15,668 nucleotides of DNA, from positions 1-15,668 of the forward strand of contig JAOUFI010000050.1 of NCBI GenBank assembly GCA_029858305.1. Reading direction: 5' to 3'. A model generated the notes under the pieces. That model made no database searches and was not told the origin of the DNA. It worked only from the letters and a program-made list of their open reading frames with translations. The position numbers and the translations under genes were made by a program. Origin of the DNA: Candidatus Thorarchaeota archaeon (GTDB lineage: Archaea > Asgardarchaeota > Thorarchaeia > Thorarchaeales > Thorarchaeaceae). Shown here in pieces: positions 8,693 through 14,316 of the stretch (positions within the stretch are counted from its first letter, which is position 1; each line of letters opens with the position of its first letter).

Positions 8693-8780
8693 GAATAGAC
8701 ACTGGCCCTGGTATTGAATACCAGTCCTTTCCCAGAAGTGGTACTGACTGGCTTTTTTGTTTAAACAAGACCAAATTGGT

Positions 8781-9044
8781 CTAGTCACGTATTGGCTCCA
8801 ATAGACTGGACACATGCCAAATCTTTGTCCGAGCGTGGTTCGGACAGTTCGGATCCTGACTTGGCTCATCCAAGATGGATATTGCATTTTGAGCTCTCAC
8901 GGCGGGAGAGTCTGATTCATTCTCAAGGACTGCTATCGATTCATTAGCAGCACGCCGGATGTTCCTTGGAACTGAGGAATCTTCCGATATTTGTTTAAGA
9001 ATGTGTTTTGATTGATCGATGCTCTTCTGCGTTTCGGGGTCCAA
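8781..9044 (-). CDS. UPF0147 family protein
   Basis: I.EDSSVPRNIRRAA...AVRA..AISILDE.SQDPN.P.HARTKIW...S.LE. Probable TTG start at 9044 after GAGGTGA. Confidence 0.92.
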   Translation of the reverse strand: MDPETQKSIDQSKHILKQISEDSSVPRNIRRAANESIAVLENESDSPAVRAQNAISILDEPSQDPNCPNHARTKIWHVSSLLEPIRD

Positions 9045-9183
9045 TGGACTCACCTCTAAATGGTCTTGACACACAAATGGTGTGTGAACAACAAGGACCT
9101 AGCAGGCTCTGACCATATCAACGTTTTCATAATGGCTCATCCAACCAGCACTTCTTATATCGAAGTTTGGAGAACCCACTATT

Positions 9184-9546
9184 GTGCAAGAAATGAATGA
9201 GAAAGATGATGTTTCTGTCAAGAAGATGGCCGAGCTATTACGCCGTGGTGCGACAATGCTTGCAGAATCATGCCCACAGTGTGGATCACCGCTTTTCAAA
9301 GTGGGTACTGACACCTACTGTGCGAAGTGCGACCGGCGTATAGTATATGCTAAATCAGACGAAGAGGTTGAAACGCAAGCAGTGAAGACATTGATACCAG
9401 AGCTTAGAGTGACTCTTATTGGGAAACTAAAAGCACTGAATGAGCTAGTAGAGTCTGAAAATGACATAGAAAAACTTACCAGAGTAGCCAATCTAATGGT
9501 GCTTCTTCTACAATCTCTCCATCACTTGGAAGATATGAGGGAGTAA
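9184..9546 (+). CDS. UPF0148 / Sjogren syndrome-scleroderma autoantigen 1 (p27)-family zinc-ribbon protein
   Basis: KKMAELLRRGATMLAESCPQCGSPLFK.....YCAKC followed by a helical tail. Alternative start at ATG 9193. Confidence 0.9.
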   Translation: MQEMNEKDDVSVKKMAELLRRGATMLAESCPQCGSPLFKVGTDTYCAKCDRRIVYAKSDEEVETQAVKTLIPELRVTLIGKLKALNELVESENDIEKLTRVANLMVLLLQSLHHLEDMRE

Positions 9547-9598
9547 GGACCTCTTACTTCCCATAATGATCTTTTGTTATACTAACTAAGAGATATGC

Positions 9599-10255
9599 TC
9601 ACTCTGCTTCTTTTTCAGCAGCCGTGCCTCGTCTTAGACGAGCTCTTCTCGTCTTTACTTCCTCTGGTCCCTTTAGCACCTTGCTCTTACGAATCTCGCA
9701 TTCTCGGATCGGGATGATCTTTTTCACATCCTCGTATACTTCGCCCGCAAGGTCTCCCAGAATAACCTTAGTGACTAGTTCATCAAAAGTATGTTTCTTT
9801 GCATGAGCTCTAATGACCTTTTCAATTGCTTTTCGTGCTGAGTGTTCCTGACTTGTCTTCGAACGAGTGGTTGTAAATACAATCACTGAAATTCGCATAA
9901 GGTAGTCATCCTTTGTCAGAATAGGGCCAATCCAATCAATTCTTGAAGTGCCTCTTCTTACAAGTCCTCTCAGATAGTCTGAGCTCCACTCGTGCCCATA
10001 AAAGCTAGTCTTAGCCTGTTGACCCGTAACCTCAAGAATCTTAAATCGGAGTCTCACGTGGATCTTATCGAAGTCTCCAGTCAAATCATAGAGTGTGGGC
10101 TGAATAGTTCGACCAATCAGCTGTTCCGGAGTTTCACTTGGAGTTGTTCCTATCTCCTTATTCTCAAAATAGTCCGGAGCAACGATTTGATACCAAATCT
10201 TCTCTCTCCACTTATCTCGAGTTCTTGCTGCTGACTGTCTGCTTCTTGAGGACAT
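9599..10255 (-). CDS. rps3ae: 30S ribosomal protein S3Ae (eS1)
   Basis: RDKWREKIWY.I.AP..F...EIG.TP...LIGR...TLYDLTGD...DYLR.LVRRGTSRID...KKI.P.R..EIRKSKVL. Start set at ATG 10255 (MSSRSRQ). Confidence 0.97.
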   Translation of the reverse strand: MSSRSRQSAARTRDKWREKIWYQIVAPDYFENKEIGTTPSETPEQLIGRTIQPTLYDLTGDFDKIHVRLRFKILEVTGQQAKTSFYGHEWSSDYLRGLVRRGTSRIDWIGPILTKDDYLMRISVIVFTTTRSKTSQEHSARKAIEKVIRAHAKKHTFDELVTKVILGDLAGEVYEDVKKIIPIRECEIRKSKVLKGPEEVKTRRARLRRGTAAEKEAE

Positions 10256-10463
10256 CTGAATATCACGCTCACACTGGACACAAATCAATGAGTCCAGAGA
10301 ATCACGAAATGGTCCATGGTCATACCATTGGGACCGCGCCGACATCCAACGAGTCGAATAAAAACGTTGTGACATGACTCGGTTATCAAGACCATAGAAC
10401 ATCTAGTCCTGACGAGAAAACTAGATATGACCATCAGTCATCATGCGGACTGAGATGCATGAT

Positions 10464-10601
10464 ATGGACGCAATTGTATGTTCCCGCTGTGGATTTTCAG
10501 AGGTCGCTCTTGTACGAAAAGAAATGCTGGCGAGCGGCAAATACCGAAAGAAGTGGCATTGTCCGCGTTGTAGCAATACTTGGGAAACCGTTGACAAGTA
10601 G
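10464..10601 (+). CDS. Small zinc-ribbon protein (45 aa, CxxC-x23-CxxC), below the ORF-track cutoff
   Basis: Manual translation: MDAIVCSRCGFSEVALVRKEMLASGKYRKKWHCPRCSNTWETVDK*. In-frame ATGs also occur at 10443 and 10455. Fills the gap between rps3ae and tRNA-Leu. Confidence 0.8.
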   Translation: MDAIVCSRCGFSEVALVRKEMLASGKYRKKWHCPRCSNTWETVDK

Positions 10602-10613
10602 AATCGTGTATAC

Positions 10614-10626
10614 AAAACGGTTAAAA
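10614..10626 (+). promoter_or_regulatory. BRE/TATA-like promoter of tRNA-Leu
   Basis: AAAACGG-TTAAAA, about 30 nt upstream of the mature tRNA 5' end. Confidence 0.45.
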
Positions 10627-10655
10627 TGGGTCCGCGTTTCACTCGTTTTCAAGAT

Positions 10656-10774
10656 GCGGAGGTTGCCCAGCCTGGTTAAAGGCGCAGGGTTTAGGTCCCT
10701 GCTGGTCGCAACTTTGTGTGCCACCAGGGAAATCTCGTAGGAGTTCGCGAGTTCAAATCTCGCCCTCCGCACCA
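10656..10774 (+). tRNA. tRNA-Leu(TAG) with a 31-nt intron at non-canonical position 43/44 (10702-10732); CCA encoded
   Basis: Acceptor stem GCGGAGG/CCTCCGC+ACCA. Anticodon arm CAGGG-TTTAGGT-CCCTG. Variable arm CTC-GTAG-GAG. T arm GCGAG-TTCAAAT-CTCGC. The insert forms a bulge-helix-bulge: TCCC TG^C TGGT...ACCA GGGA AA^T. Confidence 0.95.
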
Positions 10775-10793
10775 CTTTTCTATACTTCGTTAA

Positions 10794-11441
10794 TCACTCA
10801 ATATACGAATTCATCGGAAAAGGTTGTCCATGGCCTGGATAAACAATTTTTATCTCAAAACCTTTGATTTTATCGATACTTTCATTGAATTCATCCAAAT
10901 CATCTATCATAGAATTTGGTTCTGGTTTTTTCGTGTTAGTAAATAAATCACCACAAAAAAGATCACCACTAGCTGTCAATATACCTATTGAGCCTTTAGA
11001 GTGCCCAGGAAGATGAATGACTTCAGCATCAAGACCATATCCAGATAGGTCCGATTTTTCATCAATCATATAATCCGGTTTGAATTTAGCTATATTAAAG
11101 AATACATTAATCATTTTTTTAATAATCCAATTGCCAGTTTTTTTATTCCTAAACATATCTCCGTATTCAACCATGTCTGAATCGTAACGATGCATAGCAA
11201 TTTTTGTATCATACTTTTCGCGAAGATAGACACAATTTCCTGTGTGATCAAAATCTCCATGGGTCAAAATAATCAAGTCAAGATTTTCTGGCTGGCAACC
11301 TGCAATTACTAGTTCTTGTTCAAGTTTACTTCTAACAGACTTCCTTCCTGTATCAATTATAACAAATCCTATGTCCGTTTCAAGAAGATAACAATTGCCA
11401 GTAAATCCTCCAAAAATGATTGTCGTAATGTCCTTAATCAT
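10794..11441 (-). CDS. Metallo-beta-lactamase-fold hydrolase
   Basis: Motifs IDTG, LTHGDFDHTG (HxHxDH variant), PGHSKGS, GDLF and YPGHG. Confidence 0.92.
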   Translation of the reverse strand: MIKDITTIIFGGFTGNCYLLETDIGFVIIDTGRKSVRSKLEQELVIAGCQPENLDLIILTHGDFDHTGNCVYLREKYDTKIAMHRYDSDMVEYGDMFRNKKTGNWIIKKMINVFFNIAKFKPDYMIDEKSDLSGYGLDAEVIHLPGHSKGSIGILTASGDLFCGDLFTNTKKPEPNSMIDDLDEFNESIDKIKGFEIKIVYPGHGQPFPMNSYIE

Positions 11442-11710
11442 TAGAATTCATGTTTCTCATTAATTTTGGTAAATGAATATTGTGATACCAGCGCGCTCTT
11501 AACGTCAGAACAACACCGTTTCAAGTCAGATATTTGGCTATTGCCCATGCTGGTGGAATGGCAGAATCACATTATCTGTTTTCATAGAATGAATCAAGCA
11601 GTATGTAGATTTCGTCGCTCATGGCCTAGAATTGAAAATCTAGCTGATTGGAACTTCTCATAGCTGCGCTGGTAAGCTTTAATATAAGGAAATCACCTGA
11701 CCAAAGAAAC

Positions 11711-11831
11711 GAGGCTCCCAATAATGAGTTACTAACCAAGACCAGAATCACTTCTATCAGTGTATTGATGGCTCTTGGAGCTTGTTTTTGAAATCAACCT
11801 AACTTGGGGAAGTGATTTTTTGTAGTGAGCC
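11711..11831 (+). ncRNA. Candidate structured leader RNA (five-way junction) upstream of the phosphotransferase
   Basis: An 11-bp closing stem (11744-11754/11809-11819) encloses four abutting hairpins. An outer stem GGCTC/GAGCC closes the element. TATA-like CTTTAATATAA lies about 25-30 nt upstream. Folded by eye only. Confidence 0.35.
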
Positions 11832-11858
11832 ACTCTAAAAGAAAGGTAGGCGAAAGAA

Positions 11859-12896
11859 ATGTCATCAGGAGAGCAAGTCAGCTATCGATCCTTTTTGTTG
11901 AGATTGAGGAATCTCGCTAAGAAAGCGCTTGATCAATACGGGCTGAAGGGCATGAATCCTAAATTCAAGGGTTATAGTGGAAACGGACTGTACCAAGTCG
12001 ATGTCCCGTTAGCCAGAAAATCTGAAGGATCCATTCCACCAGGGCGTTACGCTCTAAGGCTCCACCAGCCCAACTACATGAAACCAGAATACATCTCTTC
12101 TGAAATGGAATGGCTATCTGCGTTGCGTAGAGCGAACATTAGTGTACCCGCCCCGTTCAGGAATTCGGAGGGTAATTGGCTGACGGTTGTTGAAGGTGAA
12201 CATACTCCCCCGGCGCATAGAAATTGCACTCTCTTAAGCTGGGTAGAGGGCAGAGAAATCATGAAGGGTGTCCGGCCAAAGCACTACAAGTCACTGGGCA
12301 GAGTCGTGGGAAAAATGCATGAGCAATCGATGCATTGGAGGAAGCCAGAGGGCTTCGCACGACCCCATTGGGACTGGGAAGGTCTCTATGGTGATGGATT
12401 TGACTACGGATTCTCTGCAATAGAGGCTCGGGAGGCAATCCCCAAGAAATACCAAGATGAATTCACCGATGTGTTGAACCGTGTAGATGAAGCTGCTGGG
12501 CAGCTTGGAAAAGGAAAGAAGGCCTACGGCTTGATTCATGCGGACCTTGGAAATGTAGTATACCACAGGGGAGAAGCACGACCTTTCGATTTTGATGATT
12601 GTGGCTTCAGCTACTGGATGTTTGATTTAGGAGCAGTCATTGCAGACTACATGTATGAACGGGATGGTAGGAATCCTAAGATACGTGAAGCGTTGATTGA
12701 AGGATATCTGGAAACCAGTCCTCTTGCTGAGTCAGATCTGGGATACCTTGACCTCTTTGTTGCGGCACGTTTTGCCCAATTCATGTTTTTCTATCAAGGA
12801 AACATTGTGAAATATCCGCATTATCGTGAAGAAGGTGAAAAGGATGTGGCTGAGTGTGCCAAGTACCTCAAGAGTACTCTTAGGAAATTAAAATAA
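11859..12896 (+). CDS. Aminoglycoside phosphotransferase / type II homoserine kinase-like phosphotransferase
   Basis: YALRLH, SEMEWLSAL, LLSWVEG, LG..VG.MH, YGLIHADL.N and FDFDDCG...W.FDL. Confidence 0.9.
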   Translation: MSSGEQVSYRSFLLRLRNLAKKALDQYGLKGMNPKFKGYSGNGLYQVDVPLARKSEGSIPPGRYALRLHQPNYMKPEYISSEMEWLSALRRANISVPAPFRNSEGNWLTVVEGEHTPPAHRNCTLLSWVEGREIMKGVRPKHYKSLGRVVGKMHEQSMHWRKPEGFARPHWDWEGLYGDGFDYGFSAIEAREAIPKKYQDEFTDVLNRVDEAAGQLGKGKKAYGLIHADLGNVVYHRGEARPFDFDDCGFSYWMFDLGAVIADYMYERDGRNPKIREALIEGYLETSPLAESDLGYLDLFVAARFAQFMFFYQGNIVKYPHYREEGEKDVAECAKYLKSTLRKLK

Positions 12897-13019
12897 TCAA
12901 CTTATTCAACTTGGTCATTCTATTTCAGTTGAGTGATACAAAAAGATACGACTCAAAAATTAAGAAATGATTATCTCAAACATCAATGTTATATCCCTTG
13001 TTCCGAAGCAAATAATCAA

Positions 13020-13154
13020 GCCGAGGTATCCAAGCGGTTACGGAGACGGTCTCGAAACTATTCGTAGACGAGCCAACCGTTGCCCTTGAGGCTCGTGAGA
13101 CCCCGTTTAAATCGTAGACACGAGGCACGAATTCGAATCTCATCCTCGGCGCCA
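13020..13154 (+). tRNA. tRNA-Ser(CGA) with two introns: 37/38 (13057-13074, 18 nt) and 53/54 (13100-13131, 32 nt); CCA encoded
   Basis: Acceptor stem GCCGAGG/CCTCGGC+GCCA with the Ser G73 discriminator. After removing both inserts: anticodon arm ACGGT-CTCGAAA-ACCGT, variable arm GCC-CTTGA-GGC, T arm GTGAG-TTCGAAT-CTCAT. Both junctions have 4-bp central helices (CTCG/CGAG and CGTG/CACG). TATA-like TTATAT at 12989-12994. Confidence 0.93.
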
Positions 13155-13271
13155 CCTATCTTTCTATTGTATCGGAATAAGCCTAAATCTATGGATGAGG
13201 TTCTTGATTAATCATTTCGCAGAAACTAGATGTGTTTCATGGTCATCATCAATCGTTGAAAATGCATCATG

Positions 13272-14162
13272 TCAAGTAGACATCTGGGACGCAGCTGCAA
13301 TCCTATCAGAATCTATGAACCCCTTATAGAGCAGAAGTATTCCGACAACTTCACCTATATATAGAATTATTCCGAGTTCTGGGCTGGTTCTTGCTATCGC
13401 TCCAGAAATGGCAATGGCAAGACCACCTAATGCAATCCACAAATTAAAACTTAGCCGAGTTTTGAAATATGAGAAAAGCGCTCCACCAATCAGCAAAAAC
13501 CCTCCACTAACCGATAAGAGTGGTGAAAAGTTTCGAACATGCTGAGCCATCGCTTGCCCTGCGACAACGGTACCAGTCACTAGTTGATCTACATCTACCT
13601 CAGCAACAGCAGCATAGGCTCCCATCCAGAGGGTGATAACTATGCTGAAGATAAGATAGGCGTGCGCGTGGAGAACGCCTTTATGACTATCATCCCGTCC
13701 TCTTCCAATAAGAATGGCGCAACCGATTGCCAGAGAGAATATACCAATACCAATAATGGGGTATTCCCATCTGCCAAATAGGAGAGCTGAATAATCAGTA
13801 ATGCTACTAAGTGTCATCATCCAAGAGAAGAAGGCTATAATGATTAGGAGAATGATATCGAAAAGAGCGAGTCCTCGACTCTTGAACACATTCTTTTGAA
13901 GCATCAGATAATATGTTCCCCCGCCCAAAAGAGCTACTTGCGAAGCTGCCAAGACCAGATATATTCTGTAGAGATCAATTTGCCATCCTACTAGCTCTGA
14001 TATCACCTCAATTGATGCAGTGATTATGAACAACAATATAGACACAAGCCAGATTAGTTGATAGATTCTCCTTCTCTGTTTCCATTGATTGAAAAGCGCA
14101 TAGACAAAAAGAATACTGATTATTACAGTAAACATGGGTAAAAGAACAACAAATGACGCCAT
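13272..14162 (-). CDS. Uncharacterised polytopic membrane protein (about 8-9 TM segments)
   Basis: 296 aa with repeated 20-aa hydrophobic stretches. No family confidently recognised. Confidence 0.8.
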   Translation of the reverse strand: MASFVVLLPMFTVIISILFVYALFNQWKQRRRIYQLIWLVSILLFIITASIEVISELVGWQIDLYRIYLVLAASQVALLGGGTYYLMLQKNVFKSRGLALFDIILLIIIAFFSWMMTLSSITDYSALLFGRWEYPIIGIGIFSLAIGCAILIGRGRDDSHKGVLHAHAYLIFSIVITLWMGAYAAVAEVDVDQLVTGTVVAGQAMAQHVRNFSPLLSVSGGFLLIGGALFSYFKTRLSFNLWIALGGLAIAISGAIARTSPELGIILYIGEVVGILLLYKGFIDSDRIAAASQMST

Positions 14163-14316
14163 TGTATCGCACCAATTCCTATATTTCGCATGTTTTCAGC
14201 TTAGATTGCGTACATCATAGCAAGTTATTAGCGATATTCTTAACAATGGTTAATTTACTTTTGTATATGCACCTGCCAGCGGAAAAGATACCGTTTGGGA
14301 GAACCTAGAAGCATTG

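Noticed and set aside
8693-8887. 65-aa N-terminal extension of FAU-1 in the ORF track
   Set aside because: It overlaps the UPF0147 gene, and family similarity starts at M66 (IRGIY motif).
10256-10402. 49-aa N-terminal extension of eS1
   Set aside because: It does not resemble eS1, and the region is better explained as leader/promoter.
10421-10775. ORFs 10421..10642(-), 10459..10740(+) and 10497..10775(-)
   Set aside because: They are shadow frames over the zinc-ribbon gene and tRNA-Leu, with no protein-like features.
11466-11663. 65-aa ORF and a possible minus-strand pseudogene fragment (MSDEIYILLDSFYENR*)
   Set aside because: No recognisable motif or start signal, so neither can be supported.
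10775-13019. Integrated mobile element between the two tRNAs
   Set aside because: I found no integrase or transposase and no duplicated tRNA 3' end (att site). Only the composition anomaly is reported.
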